In this document: in pieces, positions 30,355 to 41,443 of the stretch | Layout of the letters: each line of letters starts with the position of its first letter | Position numbering within the stretch: position 1 is the stretch's first letter | Source of the DNA: an uncultured bacterium | GTDB taxonomy: Bacteria; Verrucomicrobiota; Kiritimatiellia; RFP12; UBA1067 | Direction: 5' to 3' | Length of the DNA stretch: 64,000 nt | Assembly (NCBI GenBank): GCA_902761035.1 | Contig: CACWIW010000006.1 | Coordinates: forward strand, 14,462-78,461 | The notes under the pieces: model-generated | Database searches by the model: none | Told to the model about the DNA's origin: nothing | Seen by the model: only the letters and a program-made list of their open reading frames with translations | Translations under genes and position numbers: made by a program

Positions 30355-31407
30355 CTATAATCTTGTAATCTTATGAAATAGTTTACGGCAAATCGCACCG
30401 ATACCATCATACTTTAGTACCTCGCACACTCGCTTTAGGAGATGAACTTTGCCTTGATCAGATAGGACCCTATCAATATATATCTTAATTTCTCCACAAG
30501 AACAAGAGTGCTGAATTATGTCCCGTTTCGTCGCTTGCACAAACCAATCCCACCGATCACGAACCATCTCGCGGTACTTGTCTTGCAACTGTTCAATCAG
30601 TTTTCTGTCCGCAGAAATCATCTGCCTCAACTTTAGTATGTCATCACCAACCAACAAAAAATATTGTTCTAACGTAAACCGTTCAGCACTCTCAAGTCCT
30701 TTGTCATGAAAAAAGTGCATCTGCTCTTCATAAGCAAGGTGCTGCTGTTCGGCAATTTGGGGCTTCCATTTTGATCCGAAGGCACTATCACTTCTCGAAC
30801 GATATCTGTATAGTGCTTCAGCGACAAAAGGCACTTTCGAATAATCATACAAAATCTTGTGCAAAACATACCTATCCTCGCTGTACGCGATACCGACTGG
30901 AAATCTGATATTATCCCACAACCGCCGTTTGTAGATTTTTCCACATGACCACGCACAAAGCGAATTGTATTCAACGTAGAGTTCTTCAGGCGGGAACATT
31001 CCGCTCGCGCAAGGCCCCACAAAAACATCTTTTCGATCACAGCCGAAACGAAGTACTCCTCCAATTGCAAGATCGGCATTGGATTTCTTCGCTGCGTCAA
31101 GTAAACGGGCCAGAAAATCCTCCCGCAAAAGATCGTCAGCATCAAGAAACGCTATCCATTCTCCCTGTACCGTGTCCAGTGCCTTGTTCCTCGCCGCGCT
31201 GACACCGGCGTTGGGTTGGTGGATGACGCGGAAGCGGGTGTCCTTCGCCGCGTATTCATCAAGGATTGTGCCCGAACCGTCAGTCGAACCATCATCAACG
31301 CAGATCGCCTCCCAGTCGGGGAAGGTCTGGGCGAGAACTGAATCCAAGCACTCGCACAGATACGGCGCGACGTTATAGACCGGAATGATAATGGAGAAGA
31401 AAGGCAT
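30355..31407 (-). CDS. Glycosyltransferase family 2
   Basis: FSIIIPVYNVAPYLCECLDSV ... DDGSTD. Confidence 0.7.
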   Translation of the reverse strand: MPFFSIIIPVYNVAPYLCECLDSVLAQTFPDWEAICVDDGSTDGSGTILDEYAAKDTRFRVIHQPNAGVSAARNKALDTVQGEWIAFLDADDLLREDFLARLLDAAKKSNADLAIGGVLRFGCDRKDVFVGPCASGMFPPEELYVEYNSLCAWSCGKIYKRRLWDNIRFPVGIAYSEDRYVLHKILYDYSKVPFVAEALYRYRSRSDSAFGSKWKPQIAEQQHLAYEEQMHFFHDKGLESAERFTLEQYFLLVGDDILKLRQMISADRKLIEQLQDKYREMVRDRWDWFVQATKRDIIQHSCSCGEIKIYIDRVLSDQGKVHLLKRVCEVLKYDGIGAICRKLFHKITRL

Positions 31408-31408
31408 T

Positions 31409-31466
31409 TTAGTCGCTAGTCGTTAGTCGATAGTCGTTAGTCGCTGGTCGTTTGTCGCTGGTCGAT
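31409..31466. repeat. Tandem TAGTCGN heptamer array (left arm)
   Basis: tagtcgctagtcgttagtcgatagtcgttagtcgctggtcgtttgtcgctggtcg overlaps the 3' end of the four-helix-bundle ORF. Confidence 0.7.
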
Positions 31467-31819
31467 AGATAGCGAGAAAGACCGTTGATTAGCTTGGCTA
31501 CTTCACTGAATAAATCGATAAGTTCAGAAGACATTCGTAAAAAGCCAAGTGATTCTGCCAACTCAAGTTGAGTCTTTGTTTCATAAAGCGAACCTCTTGC
31601 AATAGACAAAAAATGCTTGAAATCCTTATCTGTCTCTCGTCCAAAACCTTCAGCAATATTCGATGGGACAGATACTACCGCTCTTCTAATCTGATCACCT
31701 AATCCATACACCTCATCTTTAGGAAATTGCTTCTGTACCCCATACACAATCTTTGCCAAGAGCATGGCCTTCTGCCACGCCAATAGCTCTTCATAGCTCT
31801 TCACTTTCATACTCACCAT
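31409..31819 (-). CDS. Four-helix-bundle protein (TIGR02436, 23S rRNA intervening-sequence protein family)
   Basis: SYEELLAWQKAMLLAKIVY...FPKDEVYGLGDQIRRAVVSVPSNIAEGFGR...FLSIARGSLYETKTQLELA is the canonical family sequence. Confidence 0.85.
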   Translation of the reverse strand: MVSMKVKSYEELLAWQKAMLLAKIVYGVQKQFPKDEVYGLGDQIRRAVVSVPSNIAEGFGRETDKDFKHFLSIARGSLYETKTQLELAESLGFLRMSSELIDLFSEVAKLINGLSRYLSTSDKRPATNDYRLTTSD

Positions 31820-31826
31820 CTCAACT

Positions 31827-31877
31827 ACTAGCGACTAACAACTAGCGACTAACAACTAGCGACTAACGACTAAACGA
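31827..31877. repeat. Tandem CGACTAN array (right arm, inverted relative to the left arm)
   Basis: ctagcgactaacaactagcgactaacaactagcgactaacgactaaacga lies immediately upstream of the four-helix-bundle start. Confidence 0.7.
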
Positions 31878-32094
31878 TACGCTCCGCGCCCCTAGGGTAT
31901 GCAGCCGAATACCCCGTCCTGTCGTTTGATCTTTTTTTGTTGCGCCGATTGCGCTCATGAAACACCGCATATTATACCAAATTTTGTAGTCCCTTGGCAG
32001 ACGAACCTACACTACATTCATCATCAATCCTTCGGCAACACACAATCCTTCCGCGCGTGTCACAAACCCCTCTATACGCGTGAACAACTTCCGC

Positions 32095-33291
32095 CTAAAC
32101 TCCGTGTTGTGACTGCGAATATGTTATCAATTCCATAACAGTTTTCTCAAACTTTTTTTGACTGAAATTTTCCGAAATATAATTTGCTGCCGTCTTTTCG
32201 CTTTTCTCTAGCCAATTTTTATCAGTTCTAATTCTTTCGATTGCAGAAACAAACTCTTCAGCAGAGTTGTAGATAACAACCCCCCCACACCCATTCTGTA
32301 ATACATCCTTTGGAAGCCCCCTTGCACCGAACGGCGTTGATAAGCAGATTTTAGCATGCGCCATTGACTCTAATGTCTTGATGCATGTTCCACCACCACT
32401 CAATACTGGGACAACTGATGCGATGCATTCTCGATACAGCTTCGAGAGATCGTCAACAAATCCGAGAATTTCAACATTTTTAACTTTAGCCCATTTCTCC
32501 AACAAGTTAACCGGGACTCCCTGTCCAACAATTTTATATTTAAGACTAGTATATTGTGCTCGAACAACAGGCCATATATTTTCCAAGAAGAAATCAACCC
32601 CGAGATAGTTTGGCGTATAACTCATCCGGCCCACCGTAAATATAAATTCATCATGGGCAGACGATTTCAATCGTGTCGTTTTCAAACAATCCCCTAAATT
32701 CATTTTCACAGACTGATTGAATGGGATATTCTCAAGTACCAAGCAACGGCAATAGGGATTTACCAATTTGACTTGATCTGGATTTGAAATCCAACTCCCA
32801 GCCAATTTTCTCAAAACAAAATTGCATAGACACCCATTTATAAATCGTGACCATGTTCTCTTTATCAATTTGTACTTAATACTGTAAACTGTATCAAAGA
32901 CCTGTATCGGATGATCATCTATATCAACATACAAACAACAAGAAACATTCCAAAGCGCCAATATCCCAACATGAAACAAATACCTTGCCACCACTACATC
33001 AAACCTTATACCTGGAAACAATTCTTCCACCGACCAACGTAACGGGAATGGATATACTGGAACTAGACATATTCCACATGGCCTGATCACCAAACGTTGC
33101 CATATCGCGTTCACAAATTTTTTGATACCCGTTTGGGGAGATAACCGCAAATTCCGTACATCAAAAACATGCACATTACCCATCTTACACAATGCATCAT
33201 ATAAAAGCCGCGTCCGTTGCGCATTGCCAAACGCAGGCTTTTCAATGTCAGCATTGACTATATACAGAATGTTCATGGGAATAAAAAGCAA
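32095..33291 (-). CDS. Glycosyltransferase family 4
   Basis: 398 aa with a C-terminal GT4 region (ILGFVDD...SVVPVLSGGGTCIKTLE). The start may instead be the Met codon at 33274-33276 (MNILYIV). Confidence 0.65.
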   Translation of the reverse strand: MLFIPMNILYIVNADIEKPAFGNAQRTRLLYDALCKMGNVHVFDVRNLRLSPQTGIKKFVNAIWQRLVIRPCGICLVPVYPFPLRWSVEELFPGIRFDVVVARYLFHVGILALWNVSCCLYVDIDDHPIQVFDTVYSIKYKLIKRTWSRFINGCLCNFVLRKLAGSWISNPDQVKLVNPYCRCLVLENIPFNQSVKMNLGDCLKTTRLKSSAHDEFIFTVGRMSYTPNYLGVDFFLENIWPVVRAQYTSLKYKIVGQGVPVNLLEKWAKVKNVEILGFVDDLSKLYRECIASVVPVLSGGGTCIKTLESMAHAKICLSTPFGARGLPKDVLQNGCGGVVIYNSAEEFVSAIERIRTDKNWLEKSEKTAANYISENFSQKKFEKTVMELITYSQSQHGV

Positions 33292-33306
33292 TTATAACAG
33301 TAGTTA

Positions 33307-35001
33307 TTATGTAAACCATTCTGGAAACCTACATTTATAGTCTAGTCCACGGACACGTTCACCTATCTTTTTGGCAGGAACTCCGCCAACAATCGCATAC
33401 GGCTCAACACTTTTAGTAACAACAGCACCGGCCGCCACGACTGCTCCCTCTCCAATGACAACGCCCTTCAAGATTGTAGCATGCACTCCAATCCAAACGT
33501 AATCGCCTATCGTTATTTTATCTTTCACATAAGCAAACGATTTAGAATGAACATCATGACCAGCCGAAACCAAAGCAACTCGGTGTGAAATCGAAACGCA
33601 ATTACCTATACTAATTCCCCCTCGACCATCCAAAAGTGTTCCACGATTTATATGGCAATCCTGCCCCATTTCAATCCCCTGAACTCCTTGCAAAAATACA
33701 CCCATGGACACATCACACCCCCGCCCCATCTTCATGCCAAGGCTACGGCAAAATAACCTACGAAATGCCTTATTCGGGAAATATGCAAACAAATTGTTAT
33801 ACATACTACAAAACATTTCATGCACTATACGCGAAACAGTCCTTTTTATCTTGGACAGACCTCTTCTTAGACGATTTATAAATGAACAAGTCGTTAATAT
33901 TAAATATCTTGTGGTTCCATTATAAAGCCCAAATTTCATCAAATAAATCAACAACCATTGAGAACGCCTGAAACAGCCACGATACAATAATCTATTTCTT
34001 GAGATATTCCTTGCATTGCCAATCTTCTTGGCAAATGTCCAATTTAATGCTACATTCAGAAGTCTCTCTCCGACCTTCTTTCGCACTGAAAGTGCTTCTT
34101 GAATCGTGCACTTTTTCGTTTGTATTATTAAATAATATGCTATTAGATCCGAATCTAACATTACGCCCCAAAAATTGCGTCCCATGGATCCTACAGCATG
34201 CCTTCGGTAAACCGACGCCCTATCTGGAAGGAAAGCTACATCGAACTGAGTTGCTATAGACCACCAAAGTGTAGAATCACCCAACCTGAATCTCCAAGAA
34301 AACAAGTCCCTATAAACTTCATGCACATGTTTAACGGCACTTTTTCGCACCATCGCCGAAGCCGTAGTTCGATGTACCCAACTCAACATTGGCACTTCTT
34401 GAGGTACTGTTTCAAACAGCTCAAAATCAAGAAAAATGCCTCCCTTCATTACATACAACTTATCAGAATATGGTAATGTATCTTGTAAATCACCATTTCT
34501 CATATTCAATAATGCCGCTGCACAAAAGCATTCGCCTACATTAGGGTATCTCCTCATCACATCAACTTGCTTTTGAAGCTTCAGCGGATCAATCCAATAG
34601 TCATCGCCCTCGCAAAACGCGATGAAATCACCGCGACAATGAGCTGTCACACGATGACTATTACCACCAAACTTCGCAACATTTTCATTCCACCAAAGGA
34701 CACGGATTTTTTCCGGATATTGCTTCTGATACTCAAAGCATATTTCACGAGTCTTATCTTGTGAACAATCTTCACCAATTACAAGTTCGAACTCAAAATC
34801 CGTCTTCTGCATCATCACGCCTTCAATTGCCTGACGGATATATGATTCATGATTGTAGGCACACATCTGAACGGAGACTACAGGGTGTGAGCAGAGTTTC
34901 TCCATATCCGATGTTTCAATGTATGGTATATCCCTCGGATCGCCATCAAAAACTTCAATCGGCTCTCCGCGCAGGATTTCAAGTTGTTCTTTCAGTGTCA
35001 T
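33307..35001 (-). CDS. Bifunctional glycosyltransferase family 2 / hexapeptide-repeat (LbH) sugar O-acetyltransferase
   Basis: N-terminal GT2 ([21 protein letters not shown] ... GEDCSQD). C-terminal left-handed beta-helix hexapeptide repeats ([15 protein letters not shown]...[31 protein letters not shown]). Confidence 0.65.
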   Translation of the reverse strand: MTLKEQLEILRGEPIEVFDGDPRDIPYIETSDMEKLCSHPVVSVQMCAYNHESYIRQAIEGVMMQKTDFEFELVIGEDCSQDKTREICFEYQKQYPEKIRVLWWNENVAKFGGNSHRVTAHCRGDFIAFCEGDDYWIDPLKLQKQVDVMRRYPNVGECFCAAALLNMRNGDLQDTLPYSDKLYVMKGGIFLDFELFETVPQEVPMLSWVHRTTASAMVRKSAVKHVHEVYRDLFSWRFRLGDSTLWWSIATQFDVAFLPDRASVYRRHAVGSMGRNFWGVMLDSDLIAYYLIIQTKKCTIQEALSVRKKVGERLLNVALNWTFAKKIGNARNISRNRLLYRGCFRRSQWLLIYLMKFGLYNGTTRYLILTTCSFINRLRRGLSKIKRTVSRIVHEMFCSMYNNLFAYFPNKAFRRLFCRSLGMKMGRGCDVSMGVFLQGVQGIEMGQDCHINRGTLLDGRGGISIGNCVSISHRVALVSAGHDVHSKSFAYVKDKITIGDYVWIGVHATILKGVVIGEGAVVAAGAVVTKSVEPYAIVGGVPAKKIGERVRGLDYKCRFPEWFT

Positions 35002-36542
35002 TTACCGAACCTCCGCTCCAGCAACCGTGCAATCTTCGGGAACCTTCCTCCAATCACCGTCGACGTCATTCTCACATACTCTCTCAATGGATCCAGCCTG
35101 AATGTATAAGCAAGGCCAATGAATATGCTGGTCCCCAAAACAAACTGCAACATCAGTTTGCACGCCAAGAACACATTGAGGCGGACTCCAGCATCACCTA
35201 CGCCTAATATCGGTGCGCAGATATCGCACGCAAAATCAATTCCAAACACGACCGCCGCCTCTGCTACACATACTAAGGCCGTTGGCAACACATCTCTAAT
35301 CTGCATACCGATAGTGTAATCGAGAAGTTTTCGATTCGGCCAAGAATTAATCAACACCCCCACGGGGCCCAGTACAAACGTTGAAATAGCAATCCATTTG
35401 AAAACCCCCAATCTAAAGGTCGATAAGATAACGATAAGAGACAACGACTTTTTGATTATCTCAAGTTTAAGAAACACGTCGCTACGACCAAGAGCCATGA
35501 TTCCCTTCAGGTTTATCGTATGGAAAGGCCAAAGCGCGAACCCGAAACAGGCTAGCATCATGTATGGTGTAGCCGGGACCCACTGCGGTCCGTAGAGAAG
35601 AAGCAATTCTGATTTTGCGCAAGCAGCCACACCCACCATAAGTGGAAACACCAGAAATGTGGAACAGCGCATCATTTTTCGCATTGACTCCCGGAGCTTG
35701 ACTTTGTCATCTTGAAGGAGCACAAGTGCCGGAAAGGTGACACGCCCAAGCGTGGCGTCAACCTCGTTCATCGCCAACTGTGGCAGTGACCGCCCCTTGT
35801 TCACATAAGCAAGATCCGCCTTTGTGTAGAACTTTCCTATGAGAAGTCCGGTTAAGTTCACGAATACCTGATCCAGCAACGCGGACACAGACATCTTCCA
35901 ACCATACGAGAACAGCGGCTTGAGCCTCGAGAAACTGAACATCAGTCTTGGACGCCACGCAATAATGAACCAACGAGCGATCATCCCCACAAATCCAGAA
36001 AGCAACGTTGACCAAACAAGCGCCCAGACGCCATATCCCATGAACGCCAAAGTCACGCCACAAATCGCCGAAGTCAAACACGTAATTAACGAAATACGAA
36101 AACTCAGATGGAAGAGCATCTTCTTCGTCAGCTCTGCTCCCTGAATCGCGTTCACAGCATTGAAGATAAAGCAGACTGCAGATACGCGAACGATATTCTT
36201 CAATACAGGCGTCTCATAGAAATCCGCAATCCAAGGTGCAGCGAAGAACAGCGCGATATATGCGACCATCGACAAGAACAGGTTGAGGAAGAACACCGAG
36301 TTGTAGTCGAGTGCGTCGGCGTTTTTCTTCTGAATGAGCGCCCCGCCGAAACCACCATCCACCAATACGTAGGCGACGGCGAAGAAAATTCCCGTAAGCG
36401 CCACCGTACCATAGTCGTTCGGCGTCAGTAACCGCGCAAGGATCATTCCAACGATAAAACCGACGACCTGTGTGGACAACTTCTCAAGCAATGTCCACAT
36501 AGCACCCTTCGCGACTTTAGATTTTAGGGATTGAGAGGGCAT
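34998..36542 (-). CDS. wzx: Oligosaccharide flippase (Wzx, MOP/Polysacc_synt family)
   Basis: 514 aa with 12-14 TM helices. The N-terminus [34 protein letters not shown] is typical of Wzx. Confidence 0.7.
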   Translation of the reverse strand: MPSQSLKSKVAKGAMWTLLEKLSTQVVGFIVGMILARLLTPNDYGTVALTGIFFAVAYVLVDGGFGGALIQKKNADALDYNSVFFLNLFLSMVAYIALFFAAPWIADFYETPVLKNIVRVSAVCFIFNAVNAIQGAELTKKMLFHLSFRISLITCLTSAICGVTLAFMGYGVWALVWSTLLSGFVGMIARWFIIAWRPRLMFSFSRLKPLFSYGWKMSVSALLDQVFVNLTGLLIGKFYTKADLAYVNKGRSLPQLAMNEVDATLGRVTFPALVLLQDDKVKLRESMRKMMRCSTFLVFPLMVGVAACAKSELLLLYGPQWVPATPYMMLACFGFALWPFHTINLKGIMALGRSDVFLKLEIIKKSLSLIVILSTFRLGVFKWIAISTFVLGPVGVLINSWPNRKLLDYTIGMQIRDVLPTALVCVAEAAVVFGIDFACDICAPILGVGDAGVRLNVFLACKLMLQFVLGTSIFIGLAYTFRLDPLREYVRMTSTVIGGRFPKIARLLERRFGK

Positions 36543-36843
36543 CTTTCAATCGTTCAACTCACAGATCACATGAAATTGTCTAGCCATAAATGTTGTATAG
36601 TCTCATGGGGTATTCCGTGTATTTAAAGAATCCAACATATTTGCATCTATTCAAGAGTACCAACCTTGTCGTTAAGCAGGTTTTCCGTCAAATACCCCGC
36701 ATCCCCAAAAACGGAGTCGGTACTTTATCTTACTTGATATGGTGCGGCAACGTGAAGCAATCAAACTGGCATTCTTCCAACTTTTTACAATATTACAGAT
36801 ATCAACCATATTGCATTCCTATAGGCCAACGACCTACTACATA

Positions 36844-37647
36844 CTATTTAAACACCACTTTATCAAGACTTGGCAATCGTTTTACATAAGGAGGTAAAGT
36901 CAGATACTCACCATAAATACTCCTTAGCATTTTATCTGGCGAACCAGGACAGGCAAACTTACTACCTCGGAAACTACAACTTGACAGAGGCTCAACAATC
37001 TGTGCTGGTACAAACTTACATTTATAGATGTTGATCATCGCATACCCATCAATGTCTTTGAATATATCTGGTACTGGCGAACTAAGCGACATTGCTGACT
37101 TACGCCGCATATATTCGGCTTCAGAAATTAACCCATTCTGCCTTCTGCGTTCCAAATACTCTTTGTTCTCGTTGTCCAAATACGATTTCACATCTCCACC
37201 CTTCATCTTTTTTATACGATACAAATCAATATGCAAACCTTTATGCGCATACGCATTGTCTTGTTCCCACTTCCCACAAGTGGCAATTGTCCCCAAGTCT
37301 TTCACATGTGCCCATCCATGAAAATAATGGGGTTCTGTCTTTGAATCTTCAAGGAACATCTCCTTCGGGAGATTGGCCCGCAATGCCTCAATGGCTACTT
37401 CGTATGTATCATCAAAAAGATTAAAGTCAAAATCATCATCCCATGGAATAAAATCCCTGTGCCGGATCGCCCCCAGTAGAGTCCCATAGGCTATCATGTA
37501 AGGGATATGAAACGATTCAAGTACATCTCTTACTGCAATCGCCATTTCAAAAAGTCGGTTTTGTACCCGCACAAGTTCTCCCTTCCCGTATCCAGTTTTT
37601 TCTGGAAAATCTAATATCTCTTTCATGTCTACCTCCAATTGTCGCAC
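36844..37647 (-). CDS. LicD-family phosphotransferase (paralog 4)
   Basis: [23 protein letters not shown]. Confidence 0.75.
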   Translation of the reverse strand: MRQLEVDMKEILDFPEKTGYGKGELVRVQNRLFEMAIAVRDVLESFHIPYMIAYGTLLGAIRHRDFIPWDDDFDFNLFDDTYEVAIEALRANLPKEMFLEDSKTEPHYFHGWAHVKDLGTIATCGKWEQDNAYAHKGLHIDLYRIKKMKGGDVKSYLDNENKEYLERRRQNGLISEAEYMRRKSAMSLSSPVPDIFKDIDGYAMINIYKCKFVPAQIVEPLSSCSFRGSKFACPGSPDKMLRSIYGEYLTLPPYVKRLPSLDKVVFK

Positions 37648-38912
37648 AAGGCATCTATCATATCTAGGCCAAACGAAGGAATTCTACATTTTTTTATTAC
37701 GACTACTCTTTCCGCATAAGAATCATCTATGAAAATTGCCTTTTTATTGTCAATGAAATCAGCTTTACTATTATTTTTGCCAATGTGTATTACCCTTGTG
37801 AACAAACCGTCAAGCTTGTGTTTACGTATATCGGAAAATAAATCTCCATCATGCCGTGAAAGAACGGTCACCTTTATACCTCTGTTAATACACGAGAACA
37901 CCAGACACATCACTTTGGGATTTATCATTCCCGTTGAGGACATCACCACCGTATCATCATAGTCTAAAAAAATCTCATTATACTCTAGGCTCAATTTATA
38001 ACGGTTATCCAATGCTCGATCCATTTCAATAGGAAAATTGTTTGTCACAACTGACACATCGGCACCAAGTGCATCCCAAAGGGAAAGAAGGGCAAAGTTT
38101 ATACCCCGTCCGCGGAACAAACTTGACGATCCCCCGAATCGAGCAGCCACCTCAAGCAGAGCTAGTTCGCCATCGCAAGCACGCTTAAACTGTGCAAACC
38201 ACGCTCCTCTAAACTTCAACGCATAATTGATTTTGCTGACCAAATTGCCAAACTCATTTTGTTCCACATCGTCAACAGGCTCTGTGTGAACACTAATGCC
38301 ATTCATGGTACGGGCCCTTACACGCGCACCCGCAAATAGCAATTTTCCATTCTTGTCAGAAAAGCAATCCACCGTATATTCGTCACCTGGAAGGAGTTCA
38401 AGTAGCAAGACATTCTTGTTTTTTAAAAGGAACGCCTCTTTCTCCGATTCCGAGCCTAAGATTGCGACTCCTCTTGAACTATGCCCTATGTCTGGTTTGG
38501 CAAAGACAGGATATTCCATACGATCATTTTCTGAATATACCGTAGGGGTACGAATTATATTTTTCAGGGCGGAATAAGTCATACGTTTTGACAAACAGGT
38601 CTTAACCGTATCAACTGGGGACGTTACCACATAACAACCGAGTTCTATTTCTGCTTGTTTCAAAACAGCAAGGGACATATCCGTGGCTGGGTAAATCAAG
38701 TCTATGTTATGTGTCTTAACGATTTTCTTTACAAATGGAATAAACTCTTCGCTATCAATCCATGGGATACCATCAACGATGTCATCATAAACAAAACGAC
38801 CATGATCATCAACAGAAGAGCCCCCTACAAGGTGAAAGTGTCGATCACCTGACAGTGATCGCGCAATCTCAAGTGCGATTTCAGATCCGCATGGAAAAAC
38901 GAACACATTTTT
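37629..38912 (-). CDS. ATP-grasp domain protein with C-terminal HAD-like domain
   Basis: N-terminal ATP-grasp (carboxylate-amine ligase) pattern. C-terminal KAIFIDDSYAERV HAD motif I-like. Such enzymes decorate sugars with amino acids. Confidence 0.5.
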   Translation of the reverse strand, partial: KNVFVFPCGSEIALEIARSLSGDRHFHLVGGSSVDDHGRFVYDDIVDGIPWIDSEEFIPFVKKIVKTHNIDLIYPATDMSLAVLKQAEIELGCYVVTSPVDTVKTCLSKRMTYSALKNIIRTPTVYSENDRMEYPVFAKPDIGHSSRGVAILGSESEKEAFLLKNKNVLLLELLPGDEYTVDCFSDKNGKLLFAGARVRARTMNGISVHTEPVDDVEQNEFGNLVSKINYALKFRGAWFAQFKRACDGELALLEVAARFGGSSSLFRGRGINFALLSLWDALGADVSVVTNNFPIEMDRALDNRYKLSLEYNEIFLDYDDTVVMSSTGMINPKVMCLVFSCINRGIKVTVLSRHDGDLFSDIRKHKLDGLFTRVIHIGKNNSKADFIDNKKAIFIDDSYAERVVVIKKCRIPSFGLDMIDALCDNWR

Positions 38913-38916
38913 CATA

Positions 38917-40044
38917 CTACAACACAATCTCCTTTACATTCTCTGCTATCGCCTTGGTATCCTCAAACGGCAAACCGTAGTATGTTGGGAGAGTCAATAC
39001 TCGTGCGGCAACATTCTCTGCATTTGGACAAGTACCCTTTGCGTATGCGTATGGTGCAAAGTCCGTCAGAAGCGGATAGAAGTAGCGACGAGAGAACACA
39101 TTGCACTTCTCCCTCAATTCAGAATAAACCCGTTCTCGCGTGGCGAAGTCCTTGAACAAGACAGGAACATACGCCTTGTTCTGTGAGTACGGGATAAGCT
39201 TCACTTCTTCGCAACCTGCAAAACTCTCTGCATACGCATCGTAAATCTTCTGACGATAATCCAATAGTTCGTCAATCTTCTTCAAGCACTCCAACCCCAT
39301 CAACGCCTGAAGCTCGTTCATCTTCGCATTCGATCCGACATCCACGCATTCCGTTTCGCTATGGATCGCAAAGTTCCTCAGCTCAAACAACTTCTCCTGT
39401 ACCTTCGCATCTTTGAATACCAGCAATCCGCCCTCGCATGAATGGAACAGCTTCGTCGGATGAAAACTAAACATGCTCATATCCCCACAACACCCGATGC
39501 TCTTCTTTTCTACACGTTCTACATGTTCTACACGGCTAAAAACCCCAAAAGCATGCGCCGCATCGTAAATGATCTTCACGCCATACTTCTTGCCCAGCCT
39601 CTCAAACCCTTCCACGTCGCACACATTCCCATACACATGCACTGGTACAATTGCTTTCGTGCGGGGCGTTATCAATTTCTCCGCCGCCTCCGGCGAAAGG
39701 CACATTGTTTCAGGATCGATGTCAGCAAAAATCGGATTCGCGCCAATCCGCTTCAGCGCATGGCTTGTCGCGACAAACGTAAACGGCGTTGTTATGACGT
39801 CACCGCCCGATAGTCCCATCGCGTAATAACCAAGCTCGAGCGCAAGCGTACCGTTGTTGAAGAGCGCAAGGTTTGTTTCAGGTACGCCAAGGTACCCCGA
39901 CAGTTCCTTCTGGAACCGTTGCAGCATCGGCCCGTTGTTCGTGAGCCACTGGTTTGACCACACCTCCTCCAACCCCCGCTTGAATTCCTCCAGCGGCGGC
40001 AGATACGGCCTCGTCACCAATATCGGTTTCTCAAATCGTCTCAT
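38917..40044 (-). CDS. DegT/DnrJ/EryC1/StrS-family sugar aminotransferase; carries an in-frame RVEHVERVE insertion
   Basis: 375 aa with the PLP-dependent sugar aminotransferase pattern (FSFHPTKLF lysine). The 30-nt ttctacacgttctacatgttctacacgg is identical to a segment in the GT4 gene at 10125. Confidence 0.7.
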   Translation of the reverse strand: MRRFEKPILVTRPYLPPLEEFKRGLEEVWSNQWLTNNGPMLQRFQKELSGYLGVPETNLALFNNGTLALELGYYAMGLSGGDVITTPFTFVATSHALKRIGANPIFADIDPETMCLSPEAAEKLITPRTKAIVPVHVYGNVCDVEGFERLGKKYGVKIIYDAAHAFGVFSRVEHVERVEKKSIGCCGDMSMFSFHPTKLFHSCEGGLLVFKDAKVQEKLFELRNFAIHSETECVDVGSNAKMNELQALMGLECLKKIDELLDYRQKIYDAYAESFAGCEEVKLIPYSQNKAYVPVLFKDFATRERVYSELREKCNVFSRRYFYPLLTDFAPYAYAKGTCPNAENVAARVLTLPTYYGLPFEDTKAIAENVKEIVL

Positions 40045-40059
40045 TAAAACGCTCCGCGC

Positions 40060-40100
40060 ACATGGTACATCTCTGCGACTCTGCGTCTCTGCGTTAAAAC
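40060..40100. repeat. Inverted 40-bp fragment of the Fe-ADH gene, including the (CTCTGCGT)n motif, at the duplication boundary
   Basis: atctctgcgactctgcgtctctgcgttaaaaccaatc is the reverse complement of gattggttt(a)ttaacgcagagacgcagagacgcagagat, which is found inside the ADH genes at 26462 and 42244. Confidence 0.7.
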
Positions 40101-40120
40101 CAATCAGGCCACTTTTAAAC

Positions 40121-41443
40121 TCAAATCAACGATATGATTTCCTTAATCGGCATGCAGAGTTCCGTGCTGGCTTCTTGTGCGCGTTCACATTCGAGGATGC
40201 GCTCGGCGCACTTGCGCATCGCTGGGTAGGCGGCACGGAGAAGCTGGTTTGCGTAGATGACGACGTTGACACCGATTGCAGCGAGTTCGGATTCCGTCAC
40301 CTGTGAATAGGTGGAGGGAACAGCAACAATCGGCTTGTCAGCGGAAACCTCAGCACGGAAAAGTTTGACGAAAGATACGATTTCATCCGGAGTCTGAGCC
40401 TTGGAGTGGATCATGATTCCGTCAGCGCCCGCATCGATATAGGCGCGACAACGATTGATGGCGTCCTCCTCGCCCGCACCGGTTATGAGCGATTCGCAAC
40501 GAGCAAAGATCATGAAGTCATCTGTAATCTGTGCCTGCTTGCCGACCTTGATCTTGTGGCACTGATCTTCAATGGATGCCTGACGCTGGACGTTACCCTG
40601 CTCAAGGAGCGAGTTCTGCTTGAGTCCGATTTTGTCCTCGATGACAACTGCCGAGACGCCAAGGCGTTCAAGCGAACGAACGAGAAACACGAAGTGCTCG
40701 GGAAGCCCACCAGAGTCGCCATCGTAAATGATGGGTTTGGTCGTCACTTCAAGGATGTCATTCACCGTGCGAAGGCGCGAGGTGATATCGACGGATTCGT
40801 TATCAGGCTTGCCTTTCAACGTAGAGTCGGTAAGCGACGAGAGCCACATCGCGTCGAACTCATGCTTCACCTTGGCTCCGTTTGGGTCGGCGGGATCCTT
40901 CGGCACCATCACGCTCGTGTTCTCGACGATGAGGCCGGAAAGTCCGCTGTGCGCCTCCATCACACGAACGATGGGTTTGGCGTTCAAGAGGCGACGTAGG
41001 CGGCGGCGGCGGATATCCGGCGTGGTGCCTACTTCGCGGATGGCCTTGTTGAGCTGTGTGGAGGAAATGCCCTCGGTGTATTCCGGTTCAACAAGCTCGC
41101 CGCCCCAGGTCGCGAGGGTGTCGATGACGCGCTGGCGCGTCTTCGCCTGTACTCCCTCGCGCCAGTCGGTGCCGTGGACGACGTAGTCCGGCTTGAGCTT
41201 GAGGAGGTTCGGGATGTAGTCAAGCTGCTCTTGCGGAATGACTTCGGTCACGCCCTTGAGCGCACGGACCACAGCAGCGCGCTGTTCGTAGTTCATGTAA
41301 GGCAGGCGCTTGTAGCTCGCAATGGCAGCATCCGTAAGAACGCCAACGGTTACGTCACCAAGCTTGGACGCTTCCTTGATGATGTTCAGGTGGCCGGGGT
41401 GAATGATGTCGGCCGACATCGCGACATAGACGCGCTTATGCAT
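40121..41443 (-). CDS. Bifunctional cytidylyltransferase / PEP phosphomutase fusion, copy B
   Basis: [22 protein letters not shown]...; near-identical to copy A. Confidence 0.8.
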   Translation of the reverse strand: MHKRVYVAMSADIIHPGHLNIIKEASKLGDVTVGVLTDAAIASYKRLPYMNYEQRAAVVRALKGVTEVIPQEQLDYIPNLLKLKPDYVVHGTDWREGVQAKTRQRVIDTLATWGGELVEPEYTEGISSTQLNKAIREVGTTPDIRRRRLRRLLNAKPIVRVMEAHSGLSGLIVENTSVMVPKDPADPNGAKVKHEFDAMWLSSLTDSTLKGKPDNESVDITSRLRTVNDILEVTTKPIIYDGDSGGLPEHFVFLVRSLERLGVSAVVIEDKIGLKQNSLLEQGNVQRQASIEDQCHKIKVGKQAQITDDFMIFARCESLITGAGEEDAINRCRAYIDAGADGIMIHSKAQTPDEIVSFVKLFRAEVSADKPIVAVPSTYSQVTESELAAIGVNVVIYANQLLRAAYPAMRKCAERILECERAQEASTELCMPIKEIISLI

